Below, piece by piece: positions 10,357-22,537 of a DNA stretch of 64,000 nt (positions within the stretch are counted from its first letter, which is position 1; each line of letters begins with the position of its first letter). The DNA is taken from contig CAWCPV010000017.1 of NCBI GenBank assembly GCA_963797555.1, positions 1-64,000 of the forward strand. The letters are read 5' to 3'. The position numbers were made by a program, and so were the translations under genes. This DNA is from an uncultured Gammaproteobacteria bacterium. GTDB lineage: Bacteria > Pseudomonadota > Gammaproteobacteria > CAWCPV01. Under the pieces are notes generated by a model, which made no database searches, was not told where the DNA came from, and saw only the letters and a list, made by a program, of their open reading frames with translations.

Positions 10357-12357
10357 TTTATGAGGCGGACAAGATCGTACATCACGGAACGCGAACGAAA
10401 AACCATTACCCAGCTCATCAAGGTCGTCGCTTATCGCAGTGAGAGTTGTCTCGCGAGCATTGTCGAACCCTTTTTCGTGCGCCACGACGACGAAGTTCGC
10501 GCCTTCCTCAAAGCCGTGTTCTGCTTACCCGGCGATATTATCCCGGATTACCAGCGCCATGAATTGCGGGTGCGTCTCTACGGCTTGGCCAATAATCGAT
10601 CTCAACAACCTGATTCCGTGACTTCACGTCTTAGCGGATGGCTGCAACCTGCTGATTTATCGTGGCAGTTCGGGTAAAATCGGCCCGCACGCCCACTCAC
10701 CCGGCAGGTGAACGATGAAGCGGTTCATCCTGGAGCAGTCCGACGAAGAGTTCTACACCTCCCATTCCGGTCTGGCTCTGGTGGGTCTTTGCGTAAACCG
10801 CTTCAGCGGCCTGGGCAAGGCGCTCAAGCAGGCCATCCCGCTACGCCACGGCATTTCCCATGAAGACATAGCCAGGAGCTATCTGGGGTTGATGTGTTTG
10901 GGCAAGAGCGACTTCGAGGCGGTCGCCAACGTCCGAGGGGACGATTTTTTCCGCCAGGCGCTGGGGCTGGAGCGGGTGCCTTCGGCGGAAACCTTGAGGC
11001 AGCGCCTCGATGAGCACGCAGCGCTCATGCGGGAGGTCATCGACGAGGCCGATATCGAGTTCATGGTCAACGCCAAAGTGCCGGTGAGCCCGCTCAAGAC
11101 CGGCCATGTGCCGCTCGACATCGATGTGTTTCCCATGAACAACTCCGGGACCAAGAAAGAAGGGGTCTCGCGCACCTACCACGGCTATGACGGTTATGCG
11201 CCGATCGCCGCCTATCTGGGAACCGAAGGCTGGGGGCTGGCCTGTGAGCTGCGTGAAGGCAAACAGCACTCCCAGAAGGAATTCCGCTACGTCTGGGAGC
11301 GTATTTTGCCGCGGGCCCGGCGGCTGACCAAACTGCCGCTGCTGGTACGCCAGGACAGCGCCCATGACGCCTTGGAGAACCGGCTGCGCTACCTCGAAGA
11401 GGAGGTGGACTTCATTATCAAGTGCAACCCCCGGGGCGAGGACCCTGGCGAGTGGCTGGAGCGCGCCGAGCGCCAAGGGGTATGGGAGACCCCGCGCCCC
11501 GGCAAGCGCGTGGCGCTGTTCAGCGTCATCGAGGAGCACCTCCATCGTACGTTCGCCGGGTGATGCGGGTGACCGAGCGCACCATCGACAAGAGGGGCCA
11601 GGCACTGCTGGTGCCGGAGCTTGAGATCGAGGGCTGGTGGACCTCCCTGGCCTATCCGGACGAGGAGATCGTCGCCCTGTACCGGGACCTCCGAGCAGTT
11701 CCACAGCGAGTTCAAGACCGACCTCGATATCGAACGGCTGCCCTCCGGGAAATTCGACACCAATGACCTGGTGCTCGCCTTTGCCGTGTTCGCCTACAAC
11801 ATCCTGCGCTTCATCGGACTTATCGGGCTGACCGGCGAGGCGGCTCCTCTTCGCCATCCAGCCAAGCGCAGGCGGCTCAAGACCGTCCTCCAGGAGCTGA
11901 TGTACCTCGCCGCCCGGCTGGCGGCCACCGGCCGGCGGCTCTGTCCCGGCTTTCGCGCCTTCGAACAGCTGTATTACCAGCTCGCCTTCGGGTAGCTAGG
12001 ACGACATCCCTAGAAACTCGACCCGGGCCTCACCAGGCCCCGGTGTAAACCTATGCCTGAAATTCAGCGCCAAAAGGTCAAAGCCCCGCCATCACTCCTG
12101 CGCCGACCAGGTTCCACGCCTGCTGTGCACAGCCGATGTCGCCAGTTGGCTAAACACTAACCAACTCAACTGAGAATACCTCCCATTATCCCGTGCCCCG
12201 GATGCCCAGAACCCGAAGTCACGGATCCAGGAACAAGCTCTCATCGCTCTTTGCGAATATCTGAATACCCAGCAGATGAAATACCCTGGCACCCACCTGC
12301 GCCTGGTCTACGACACCGTCCAGTCGCATTGAATTTAGCGCCAAGTCAGGAGTTCTG
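10357..12357 (+). pseudogene. C-terminal remnant of an unclassified putative transposase, interrupted by IS1380
   Basis: Reading frame ...ANNRSQQ resumes as ALIALCEYLN...YPGTHLRLVY across the IS1380 target duplication. Confidence 0.55.
10609..12231 (+). mobile_element. IS1380-family element; transposase 10715-11995 frameshifted
   Basis: Imperfect 17-bp IRs CCTGATTCCGTGACTTC / CCTGGATCCGTGACTTC, AACAA target duplication; TSHSGLALVG and LDIDVFPMNNS motifs. Confidence 0.9.
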
Positions 12358-12564
12358 CAGGAGCGTGCGCCGTGTGATGGGGCGTGAGGGAGCGTGAGGG
12401 AGCCCTGGGCTACCCTGCAAAAACAAGGCTCTAATGCAGGCGGGGCCTGTGCGGGGTGAGTCAGGGAATAGGGAGCGTCCCGCGAAGGGGCTGTGGGAAT
12501 GGCTGGCACGCCGACTCGGACTGTACCCCAAGACGCGCGTCCCCGCGCGCGCCCACCTTTGCCT

Positions 12565-13580
12565 GACAGAGCAGATCTCATTGCGCAGGAAGGTCGAGAA
12601 CTTCTCGTACTGCTTGACGAACCCGTGCTTCCAATAGGCGCGGAAGGTATGATGGCCGTGCTCGATCGTGGTGTGGAGCTTACCCTTGAGTTTCTTGTTC
12701 AGACGGGTGCCGAAGATCTCCGAGCACCTGTGGGCCGTCATCCGCCAAAGCCCAAGTTCACAACTGCGCTCGAAGAGCTTGTGGATCGGGCAATGGCGAT
12801 TGAAGATCAAGTTGCGGCAGTACTCGATCTGGGCGATGGTGTAGAAGCGGCGCAGGTTCATCCGCTACGTTCCTTCTGGGAGAACTTCGGCCCCAGGTGA
12901 AGGGTCCAGTAGTCCAGACGCTCCCGGATGATCTCGGGGCTGAGGCGATCGGCTGTGGTCTGCAGGGCCTGCACATCGTCAACCGCGAGGAAGGCGTTGT
13001 CGTTCTTGCGAAAGCCCACGCGGGCTCGATTCAGCTCCTGCTCCAGGAACGGAGTGGCCGTTCAGCCAATAGGTCTTCTGGAAGGGAAAGAAAGAGGCCA
13101 CGCGCATCACGATGGGACCCAAGACCTCGTCGCGAATATATAGTAGTCGTGCGTGAAGCGGCTGCGCTGCGGGGCCAGGATGCGGTGATTCGGGTCCTGG
13201 GTCCGATACTTCGGGACCGTCCAGCGAAACGTCGGCCCCTGCTCCATGCTCTTGAAGATGAAGTACACACCAAAGCGCTCCCGTCGCTGCATCGAGCGCT
13301 GCCAGCGGCGAACATACTCCTCTTTGTGCACCCCTTTTTCGGCCCACTCGATGGGGACCTGGTGATTGCGGGCGAAGGCCTCCACCCAGCGCTGATAGTC
13401 GCCGGTCCGCCCCGAGAGCAACTCCTTGGTGACCGCCGCCGCTCCGACCACCTGCCGGAAGAAGTACACGACTTGCTCAGGCCGCGACAGCCCCGAGAGG
13501 TACCCATGGATGACAATGCGGTCGAAACAGTGAGATACAAACAGTAGCAAGCTGCCAAACAGCTTCGCGAACTATTCCAC
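12565..13580 (-). pseudogene. N-terminal part of an unclassified mobile-element protein (CFDRIVIHG family)
   Basis: CFDRIVIHGYL, QIEYCRNLIF and VKQYEKFSTFLRNE across several frames; the C-terminal type of sequence occurs at 35067-35630. Confidence 0.6.
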
Positions 13581-13663
13581 CGGTCGTCCTCGTCTCGATA
13601 ACAAGATCATGGGTCAGACGGCCGGTGGATCCCAAATTTGAAATATGTTTGGTTAGATTTTCA

Positions 13664-15180
13664 GGTTCTTCCCGGAATCGTGTGGGTCGCCATGCTTATG
13701 CCGCAGCGGCATCTGCCCGAGCTTTGACACCAGGGGTGTGTTGAACGGCGAGGCGGGCAGGTGGGCGAGATTGCCGGCGATGAGGTAGGCGATGGTGATG
13801 AGCGAGTGCGTGGTGCGGTAGCCCCGGGCGCGGGCCTTGGCGGCCTGGATGAGGGAGTTGATGCCCTCGGCGCGGCCGTTGGTGAGGCCCGAGTGGAATG
13901 CGGCGAGGATGCCGTTCCAGTGCTCTTTCAGGGTAGTGGCGAGGCGTTTCATGGGCTGCAGGCGGCTACGCCGTGCCCAGCTATACCAGCGCCCGAGGGC
14001 GCTCTCGGCCTGCTCGAGGGTGCTGGCCGTGGCGTAGATATCGCGCAGCGCCTCCTTGAGGCGCCAGGCACGGGCGGTCTGGAGGCGGCGCGGGAGAGCC
14101 AGTGGAAGTCGGTGAGCTGGTCCCAGGTCCAGTCGTGGGCGTCTTTGAGCCAGGTCCAACGGGTGCCTCTGAGGGCGGGCTCGGTCTTGATCTCCTGGCG
14201 GCGCACCGCATCGACCGCCTCGTTGGCGAGCTTGATCACATGGAAGGCATCGAAGCTCACCGTGGCCTGGGGCAGGTGCCTGGCCACCCCGGCGCGGTAG
14301 GCGCCGGACAGGTCGATGCACACCTGCTCGATGGCCTGCGGGTCGCCGCCGTGCGCCTTGAGGTCGGCGGCGAAGGCCGCCACGGTGCTCTGGTCGCGGC
14401 CCTCGCAGGCGAACAGCAGGCGTTTTCCCGTGAGGTCATGGAACAGGCTGATGTAGTGCTGTTCACGCCGGGCAGCGGTCTCGTCCAGGCCCACAGCGCT
14501 CACCTGCGAGTGGTCCTCCTGAGCATGGGCCCTGCCTACGTAGTGATCGAGCACCCCCCACAGGCGCTCATCGCCCACACCCAGGTGCCGAGCCACGGTC
14601 GCCACCGGCATGGCCTGGCACAGCGTGACCACCAGCGCCTCCATCAGCGCCGTGAAGCCACTGTGGGCGCGCGCCCACGGCGCTTCGACCTGGGTCGTCT
14701 TGCCGCAGGCCTCGCAGCGCACCCGCGGCAGATGCGCGTGCAGGTACGCCCGTGACTTAAAGAAGCTCAGGTGCTGCCAACTGCGCTCCCAGGTGTCGTG
14801 CACCGGCTGGCCTTGCACTCCGCAGGCCGGGCAGGCAAAGCGGCTGCCCTTGGCAAACGCCACCTCGAGGTCGATGCGCCCAGCCTCGGGGTCGAACCGC
14901 ACGTCGGTGACCTCCCAAGGCGCTGTCAGGCCCAGTGCCGTGGTAAACAGATGCGTGGGCCGCACGGTGCTCCCCCCTTGGATGACGGCCTGTGGATTTG
15001 TGGACGAGTCCTGCGGAGCGGCCCGCGTCCCAAGGACCGTGTGGACAACCTCCCGGTTGCCCACACTCGCGGGCCTCTCGCCCACAACCCCACGAGCCCA
15101 ACCACAAGATGTTGTGATAAGCGACCAGTCAGGGCAGATGCTACTTCACCACCGCGACCCACACAATTTCCGAAAGAGCC
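13664..15180 (-). mobile_element. ISL3-family element, full length with one frameshift
   Basis: GGTTCTT / GGCTCTT ends, 8-bp target duplication GATTTTCA, Zn ribbon CPACG, DDE motifs. Confidence 0.93.
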
Positions 15181-15227
15181 GATTTTCATACCGCGGGCGA
15201 TGATGCCCTTCTACGTGCAGCCGTTGG

Positions 15228-16394
15228 CTAGTGTAGTGCTTGGTAATTAACGGAACATATATGATCTATCGCTGTCCAGGGCTATGAAGCCAAGACAGGA
15301 GAGCACTGATGCGAGTAGCCCCGATGGTCCGACTGAGCGCGGAAGAACAGCGGAGCCTGAGGCGTGTGTCGCGTTCGAACACCACGAGTGTGAGGCTGGC
15401 CCGCCGAGCGCGCATTGTGCTGTTGGCGGCGGTGGGCATGGAGAACAAGGCCATCGCGGCGGAACTCAAGATTGGGCGTGTGCAGGTTGGGCGTTGGCGG
15501 GAGCGCTATGCGCAAGGCGGGCTGGCGGCCATCGAGTGTGACCTGCCGCGCGGAGGTCGTCAGCCCAAGGTGGATGCCGCCGAGATCGTGCGACGCACGA
15601 CTCAGACCCAGCCCTTAGCAGCGACACAGTGGAGTACGCGGACCCTGGCTAAGGAAATGGGAGTGAGCGACACCACGGTGCTGCGCGTGTGGCATGCCCA
15701 TGGGCTGAAGCCGCATCGTGTCGAATCCTTCAAGGTATCGCGCGACCCGAAATTCACCGAGAAGTTGGAGGACATCGTCGGGCTGTATCTGTCCCCCCCG
15801 GAGCATGCTTTGGTGTTGTGCTGCGACGAGAAGAGTCAGGTTCAGGCGCTGGATCGTACCCAACCTGGCCTGCCGCTGAAGAAGGGGCGGGCTGCGACCA
15901 TGACCCATGACTACAAGCGCCATGGCACCACGACACTGTTTGCTGCCCTGAACACCTTGGAGGGTTCCGTGATTGCCCGCTGCGAGCCGCACCATCGCCA
16001 CACGGAGTGGCTCACCTTCCTGCGCCAAATCGACCGCGAGACGCCCAAGGACAAGGAACTGCACTTGGTCTGCGACAACTACGCCACCCACAAACATCCC
16101 AACGTTCAGAAATGGCTGGGAAAACACCCGCGTTTCCACATCCATTTCACGCCCACCTCAGCATCCTGGTTGAACATGGTCGAGCGATTCTTCCGCGACC
16201 TGACTGTGGATCGGTTGCGCCGTGGCGTGTTTCGAAGCGTCCCCGAGTTGATCCCTGCCATCAACCGCTATGTCGATGCCCACAACGCCAATCCCAAACC
16301 CTTCATCTGGACCGCCAAGGCTAAGGACATCCTGCAGAAGGTCATCCGCGCCAACGCACGTTTAAGTTCTAAACAGAATGAAGCACTACACTAG
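15228..16394 (+). mobile_element. IS630-family element with intact 361-aa transposase (15309-16394)
   Basis: CTAGTGTAGTGCTT inverted ends; CCDEKSQ, HDYKRHGT, DNYATH, SWLNMVERFF motifs. Confidence 0.93.
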
Positions 16395-16433
16395 TGTGTA
16401 ACGACTTCGAAAAGTCCAAGAGATATTAATGGC

Positions 16434-17207
16434 ATGATCCAGCCCTCCGAACCCCTGTCCTATCGCCCCCCCGAAGCGGGGGAGCCGCATCCGGTCCTGA
16501 CGCAATACTATGCGGATCATACCGAGCGCCGAGCCTTCGTGCGCACGCTGTTCGATCACACGGCAAGACACTACAACCGCGTCGATCGGCTTCTGTCCTG
16601 GGGCTCCGGCGGCTGGTATCGGCGCCACGCTCTGCTGCGGGCGGGACTGCGTCCGGGCATGTCTGTGCTCGATGTCGCGACCGGCACGGGCCTGCTCGCG
16701 CGGCAGGCCATCGAGGTGATGGGTGAAGGAGACACGTTGCTTGGACTCGATCTGAGCGCCGGCATGTTGCACGAGGCCAACCGCGCGCTGCGTATCCAGC
16801 TTGTGCAGGCGCGGGCGGAGCAGCTCCCGGTCGCCGACGCTAGCTTTGACTTCCTGACCATGGGCTATGCCCTGCGCCACGTCTCCGATCTGGACGCAAC
16901 TTTCCGTGAGTACCGTCGCGTCCTGCACCCGGGCGGCACCCTGCTCATGCTCGAGATCGGCAAGCCCCAGGGGCGCCTGCACCGCGCGCTGCTCGGCGTA
17001 TACCTTGGGCACATCGTACCTCTGCTGTCGCGTTGGGCGACCGGTGCCACAGAAGCGCAGACGCTGATGCGCTATTACTGGGACACGGTCGAGCAGTGCA
17101 TATCGCCCGACACCATCATCGAAGCGCTGACGCAAGCGGGCCTCGCGCAAGCGCGTTGCGATACCGAGCTGGGCATCTTCCGCATGTTCACCGCGAAGAA
17201 GCCCTGA
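16434..17207 (+). CDS. UbiE/COQ5-like class I SAM methyltransferase
   Basis: LFDHTARHYNR, VLDVATGTG, YRRVLHPGG. Confidence 0.85.
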   Translation: MIQPSEPLSYRPPEAGEPHPVLTQYYADHTERRAFVRTLFDHTARHYNRVDRLLSWGSGGWYRRHALLRAGLRPGMSVLDVATGTGLLARQAIEVMGEGDTLLGLDLSAGMLHEANRALRIQLVQARAEQLPVADASFDFLTMGYALRHVSDLDATFREYRRVLHPGGTLLMLEIGKPQGRLHRALLGVYLGHIVPLLSRWATGATEAQTLMRYYWDTVEQCISPDTIIEALTQAGLAQARCDTELGIFRMFTAKKP

Positions 17208-17215
17208 GTGCGCGG

Positions 17216-17518
17216 CTACCTGCGCGCAGTCACCTGTAACTGCCCCTGTGCCACCACCTGGCCGTCCGGCAGAGTGCAGCGGAAACTCAGGCGGTCTCCG
17301 ATGCGCACGCCGAAGTCTATGAAAAACGCCTGTCCGGGCAATAGGGGCGAGGTGAACTTCACCGACCGGACAGCGAGCAGGCGGCACGGGTTCTCTGCTT
17401 GCATCGCACTGACCACCTCGTCCAAGATGACTACGCCGGGCACGATGGGATTGCCAGGAAAATGCCCTGCCAGGCTCGGATGGCTTCGCGGGATGGTACG
17501 CGCGATCTGATGGCTCAC
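17216..17518 (-). CDS. FabA/FabZ-like hotdog dehydratase (ApeI-like)
   Basis: HPSLAGHFPGNPIVPGV motif. Confidence 0.85.
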   Translation of the reverse strand: MSHQIARTIPRSHPSLAGHFPGNPIVPGVVILDEVVSAMQAENPCRLLAVRSVKFTSPLLPGQAFFIDFGVRIGDRLSFRCTLPDGQVVAQGQLQVTARR

Positions 17519-17524
17519 GGATAT

Positions 17525-18922
17525 CTAGAGGCCTGACGCAGGCTTTCTCAGTATATCGAGCAACTCAAGAACCGCGGCCTGTGGGAGCTTACTGACATCA
17601 TTTCGCGGCAGGCGCTCGACCTTGTACAAGGGCCTCGGCAAGAATACCTGATCTATGCGCTCCGCCAGTGCGGCAAGGATGGCCTGCTCGCTCAGCCGTG
17701 GCGCCACAGCCAGGGCTACCAGACGCGGCGTGGCCTTGTCGGCCTCCTCCGGCATCACGAACACCCCGTCCTCGACCCCCTCGATCTCCTGGAGCCTGTG
17801 ATTGAGATAGGACAGGGAAGTGCGCTTGCCCCCGATATTCACCAGGTCCTGCCGCCGCCCCGACAGCCGGAACCGGTCGTCGCCATCGCGCTCGACGATG
17901 TCGTTGATCTGCACCGGTGCGGACAGATGTCCGCCGCGTACGCTGTCCTCGTGCATGCGCAGGCCGTCGTACAGCCGCCAGCGGTCACCGTCCAAGGTGC
18001 GGCGGCTGGCGATGGAGCCCGCCTCCGTGCACCCGTAGATCTCGCATACCCGCGCGGCGAATACTTGCTCCGTTCGTGCGGCCAGAGCGGCGGACAGCGG
18101 GGCCGTTGCCGAGATGATCATCTCTACCGCGGGCCAGTTGATGTCCGCTTGCGCGCACACGCGCAGATGCACGGGTGTGGTGATCAGTATGCGCGGGGCT
18201 GGCACGGCCTGCAGGGCATCGTGAACGTCCTGTGGGAAGAACGGACGGCCACCGTGGACGCTGACCCCGGTCACTAGAGGCACCATCACCGAGGTCTCCA
18301 GGCCGTACAGGTGTTGCGCAGGAACAGTGGCCACGATGGTGCTGCCTGGGGGATTGCCGAAGCCGAAGCGCTGCTGTGCTAGGCGCGCTCCGTGAGTCAG
18401 GCTGCCCCATGACTTGCGATGGGGCTGTGCCTGGCCAGTACTCCCCGAGGTGAACACGATGGCGGCGATATGGTCATGAGCGATGCTCGGAACTGGCCGC
18501 TGTCGGACGGTCGGACATGCCTGCAGATGTTCGCCCACGATCTCGTTGTTCAAAGAATAGCTGTCTGGATATGCCGCTGCGACGTTACGGATCTCCATCC
18601 TGGCCCGGCTCTGGGGCAGCAGATTCGTCTGGTGGCGGATGATGACAGCGCCGAACGCGACCAAGAACAGGTAACGGTCTTCGCACAGATTGATGGCGAA
18701 AGTCCGCTGGGGGAGCTGCTCTGCGAGATGGCTCGCGTGATGGAGGAACATGTCCGCGCTAACGGGCTCAGGTCCCCGCCATGCGAAAGGCACGCGGGAC
18801 AGTCCGAGCAAGGGTAACTGGGGGCGTTGGTGACGGCCATAGTCACCGTCTAAGCGTCTGCGAATGCATTGCAGGTCCGCTTCAGGCGGACAGGGGGCCC
18901 GGTTGTGGGGGGAGGGCATCAA
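17525..18922 (-). CDS. AMP-dependent acyl/aryl-ACP ligase (XanA2-like); start uncertain
   Basis: FTSGSTG, EIYGCTEAG, GRRQDLVNIGGKR, LPRNDVSK. Confidence 0.85.
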   Translation of the reverse strand: MMPSPHNRAPCPPEADLQCIRRRLDGDYGRHQRPQLPLLGLSRVPFAWRGPEPVSADMFLHHASHLAEQLPQRTFAINLCEDRYLFLVAFGAVIIRHQTNLLPQSRARMEIRNVAAAYPDSYSLNNEIVGEHLQACPTVRQRPVPSIAHDHIAAIVFTSGSTGQAQPHRKSWGSLTHGARLAQQRFGFGNPPGSTIVATVPAQHLYGLETSVMVPLVTGVSVHGGRPFFPQDVHDALQAVPAPRILITTPVHLRVCAQADINWPAVEMIISATAPLSAALAARTEQVFAARVCEIYGCTEAGSIASRRTLDGDRWRLYDGLRMHEDSVRGGHLSAPVQINDIVERDGDDRFRLSGRRQDLVNIGGKRTSLSYLNHRLQEIEGVEDGVFVMPEEADKATPRLVALAVAPRLSEQAILAALAERIDQVFLPRPLYKVERLPRNDVSKLPQAAVLELLDILRKPASGL

Positions 18923-19139
18923 AATGGCGAGAATCGTGCTCGATCAGACCTGTCGTGAGTCCAGACGGGACTCCGCGCCAACGAATTCTACAACGCTTTG
19001 ACGCAGAGTGCATCGACGCTCCGGACTGACTCTTTCCCCAGCGTAGACCTCGCGAATGGGGTCTAACACTCTCCCCATCTTCAACAGTTGCCACTGCAGA
19101 TCCCTGTAAGACAGCCGCTTATGGAGTGAGTAAGAGGTC

Positions 19140-19962
19140 AGAGATTAACTGGCCACACGGTGCACGCCAGGCATCGAGACATGAGCTGGGTCGCCCGAGG
19201 CCGAGACCACGGTCCTCTGATGGGCATAGCCGCGACGGACGAGGCCGTTGTACCCCGGCCAACCGTCGGTGCGGACCACGTTACACACAAACGCCACCAG
19301 GCTGGCGCCGCAGGCATCCGGGACGTGGCGCATCCGCACCCGCCCGAAGCCCTTGGGCTTCTTGACTCAGGACGACGCACTTCTGCGAGCCCCGACCTGG
19401 CTTCCCACCGTGCTCCATGCCCCCCGCCAGTGCCTCGTCCACCTCCACCGCGCCCGACAACCGCTCGCGCTCGGCCCGGACCATCGCTACCCGGTAGCGC
19501 TGCAGCATCGTCCAAGCGACCCGGCAACTCACGCCCAGGGTTCGTTCCAGGGTCTTTGCCGACATCCCATTTTCGCCGTGGTCACATGCCAGGCCGCCTC
19601 AAACCAAGTCGTCAGCGGCGTTCGGGTCTTGTCGAGCATCGTGCCGACGCTCACCGTCGTCTGCCGGCGGCACACACTGCACACTAGCCGCCCGCGGGTT
19701 TGACGCCAAGACACCCAGCGCCCCCACAGGCCGGGCAGACGAACCCATTCGGCCATCGCAGCCGTTCCAAGTATGCCCCACAAGCCGCCGCGTCGGGGAA
19801 CCACTCGACAAACTCCCGGTACGAGCGTGGGTGGTCCACCCCCGCCACCAACAGCGGTAGGGCCTCTGCTTTGTCGGGGGAGGGCACCACCCCCCATATC
19901 TTGCGCCAGGAGGAGCTAACCGCCCACCCCCTTCGCGTAGCTACAGCACTCAGATGGACACC
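19140..19962 (-). mobile_element. IS1595-family remnant
   Basis: YLERLRWPNGFVCPAC, VEVDE and TDGWPGY motifs in broken frames. Confidence 0.8.
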
Positions 19963-20113
19963 CCTTTCGATCCCAGCTCTCCAGGTCCGCCCGGAACACC
20001 CTGATACGTTGCAGCACGCTCTCGCGCTTCAGGTTGAACCAGACCATGAGGGCGGTAATACCCGCGCCCAGCGCCATCAGCCCCAGGCCGCGCCCGAGGT
20101 GGCCTAAGGGGGC

Positions 20114-21007
20114 CTACGGGAGACCCATCAGCCGTCCGTAAACATCAGCAAAACGTGGTGGGTATAGGTGGCAGTCGTCCGTATCGGGATTCGGCAGACG
20201 GCTGGGGTCGAAGTCCACCAGGCCAAAGCTTGCGCTCTGCAGATAGCGCACGATAGCCCCCAGGTTCTCGTAAGTGACGCCACCGATATCGTGGAAGATC
20301 AGCACGCAAGGATAGGGCCGATCCCATCCTTCGAGGATGTGCCGGACGTTTTTCTCGATCTGCTGTGCCGTGGCACCGGGGCGGGTATCTCCCACTGTCT
20401 GCCCTGCGATCACCCGGTAGCCCGAGTTACGTACAGCCTCGCATACCTCGTTGGAATCCACGAGGTAGGGCGGGCGGAACAGACGCGATGAGGACAGGGC
20501 GGCAGCGGAGCGAAGATCTGTCTCCCACTCCGCGATCTCGCCCCGGATCGCGCCGGTCGTGGCCAACCAAGGCCAGCGGAACCATGCGTGGTGCGCGGTG
20601 TGATTGCCTATGATATGGCCTGCTTGAGCGATGCGCCGCACCAGCCACGGGTATCTGACCATGCTTCCCTTGTGCGTCCAGATCTCGTAGGGCGCGTAGT
20701 ATGCCCTGCTGCGCAAGAAGCCTTGCGGTGCATCACCGACCAGAAAGAACCCCGCCCTCACCGGCCTGCCGTCCGTAGCCTTCAGATCTGCCAAGGCATT
20801 CAGCACGCGATCAGTAGCTCCCGGCAGCGGGCCGTCGTCGAAGGTGAGCATGAATTCGGCTGGCGGCCGTGTGCCAAGCTCAGCACCGTATCCCGATGAA
20901 TCAGAAGCAGCCGGTGTACCGGTAGCCGTGCAGGCGGTAAGCAGGGCGGCCCACAAGATCATGGGCCACAAGGCAATCCGGATTCTGATTTTGAGAGTAC
21001 AGATCAA
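20114..21007 (-). CDS. NodB-type polysaccharide deacetylase, probable lipoprotein
   Basis: LTFDDGP, IGNHTAHH, FRPPY, LIFHD; lipobox LLTAC. Confidence 0.85.
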   Translation of the reverse strand: MICTLKIRIRIALWPMILWAALLTACTATGTPAASDSSGYGAELGTRPPAEFMLTFDDGPLPGATDRVLNALADLKATDGRPVRAGFFLVGDAPQGFLRSRAYYAPYEIWTHKGSMVRYPWLVRRIAQAGHIIGNHTAHHAWFRWPWLATTGAIRGEIAEWETDLRSAAALSSSRLFRPPYLVDSNEVCEAVRNSGYRVIAGQTVGDTRPGATAQQIEKNVRHILEGWDRPYPCVLIFHDIGGVTYENLGAIVRYLQSASFGLVDFDPSRLPNPDTDDCHLYPPRFADVYGRLMGLP

Positions 21008-21035
21008 GCAGTGAATGTTCAGCCGAGCGTCAGTT

Positions 21036-21974
21036 TCAGTCTTCGCTCAGCACCCGCTTTTTCGATTCGGCAAAGATGTAGGACACGCCGAATCCCGCCA
21101 TGAACGAGTTGCGCCGCTTGAGCAGGGGGCTGTCCTCGAAAGCGACGCCGTGCAGGTCGTAGGCGCGCACGAAGGCACCGACCCAGAAGCGATGAAAGCG
21201 CTTGGACAGCGATACCGTGAACTGCGCGCCGCTGTAGCCGCCAGGCGCATCGAACGCGGGGCGGTCCGCCGTGGCAAAGGCCGACGCCACCCCGTAGAAA
21301 TAGGCATGATATTTGCGGTCAGCCCACAGCGGCCCCCCGGACAGACCCAGGTCCCAACCGCCTCCCCAGCCGACGTCCTTGACGTCCAGATTGAGGATGG
21401 GGTTCGACAGCAGACCCGCATTATGCACGCCATGCGAGCCTATGGCGATCACAGCGCGCACGGGAAGCTGAAACGTCAGCTTGGTGTTCTCCTTTTTCCA
21501 GAGTGACACGTTCACTTGCGGCCCGATCTCCAGTGTCGGTTCGAGGTCGGGCATGCCGGCGCGAGCCTTGTTGTCGCCGCTCTTCACCGGCACCGATCCG
21601 CTCACGCTGACATCCATCTCCAGCCTCGGCGTCTTCAAAAACAGGCCGCGCACCTTTTCCCGGTCTACTTGCAGCACCTTGCCGCGGTAAACGATATAAG
21701 GTATCGGAAAGATATATGCGCGCTGCTCTTCCGCGCCCCGATAGTCCGGCAGGGTGAGCACCGCCGCGCCGCCGCCCAGCTCCCATAATGGATGGAGCCC
21801 TGCGCCGAGGGCTACCACCGGTGCGAGCCCCCCCATCATCGAGCAGACCATCGAACATTCAACCGAGGATTTGAAAACTAGCGACCGTGTCATGACCTGA
21901 ATCTCGAAAGACGCGCCCGCTGGAACGGCAGCAGCCGAAGGGATCTCAATAGGCCCTGCGGATAAAGCCCCCAT
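21036..21974 (-). CDS. MipA/OmpV-family outer membrane protein; start uncertain
   Basis: WELGGG, PDYRGA, ARAGMPDLEPTLEIGP, YFYGV; beta-strand pattern. Confidence 0.8.
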   Translation of the reverse strand: MGALSAGPIEIPSAAAVPAGASFEIQVMTRSLVFKSSVECSMVCSMMGGLAPVVALGAGLHPLWELGGGAAVLTLPDYRGAEEQRAYIFPIPYIVYRGKVLQVDREKVRGLFLKTPRLEMDVSVSGSVPVKSGDNKARAGMPDLEPTLEIGPQVNVSLWKKENTKLTFQLPVRAVIAIGSHGVHNAGLLSNPILNLDVKDVGWGGGWDLGLSGGPLWADRKYHAYFYGVASAFATADRPAFDAPGGYSGAQFTVSLSKRFHRFWVGAFVRAYDLHGVAFEDSPLLKRRNSFMAGFGVSYIFAESKKRVLSED

Positions 21975-21989
21975 TTGAGCAATTTCGAC

Positions 21990-22532
21990 GCCACCATACG
22001 GGTAATCCGCATCGTATCAGCAGCGGCCGATAGTAGCTACGACGTGAGCGCCCATGGTAGATAGCATCAGTGGGTACGATTACCGGGTAATAGCCCCCCC
22101 CGCACGGCCGTGATCAGGATCTCGCTCTCGAATACGAACTCTTCGCCTGGACTCCAGGCCGAATTCAACTCCTTCAACAGCGCTGCCGGGTAGAGCCGAA
22201 AGCCGGACTGCGTATCCTCAATGGGATAGTCCTCGGGGCGATGCTGGCCGTCCCGTCCGCGGTGATCACCGCCCCCCGGCGCCCCGTTCCAGCCCCGCCT
22301 GCATACCGTGCCACAGGCTCGCGCCCTTGCCTAGAGTGCGTGCGTGGCGCAGCACCGTGATAGGCAGGCCCTCGACCTGTGCGTCAGCTCCGTCCTCGGA
22401 GCCGTCATCCACCACTATGACCCAGTCCGCATGGCGGCACGCGCGGCTCGCGACATCGGCGATGGTCGGGGCTTCGTTATAAGCGGGAATCACGGCCGCG
22501 ATGCTCACGGGCTGCCCCGACTCAAGCCCCAT
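21990..22532 (-). pseudogene. Glycosyltransferase family 2 with frameshift and internal deletion
   Basis: VIPAYNE, VVDDGS, GKGASL, then DGQHRPED fused directly to YPIEDTQSGFRLYP. Confidence 0.8.
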
Positions 22533-22537
22533 CTCAC

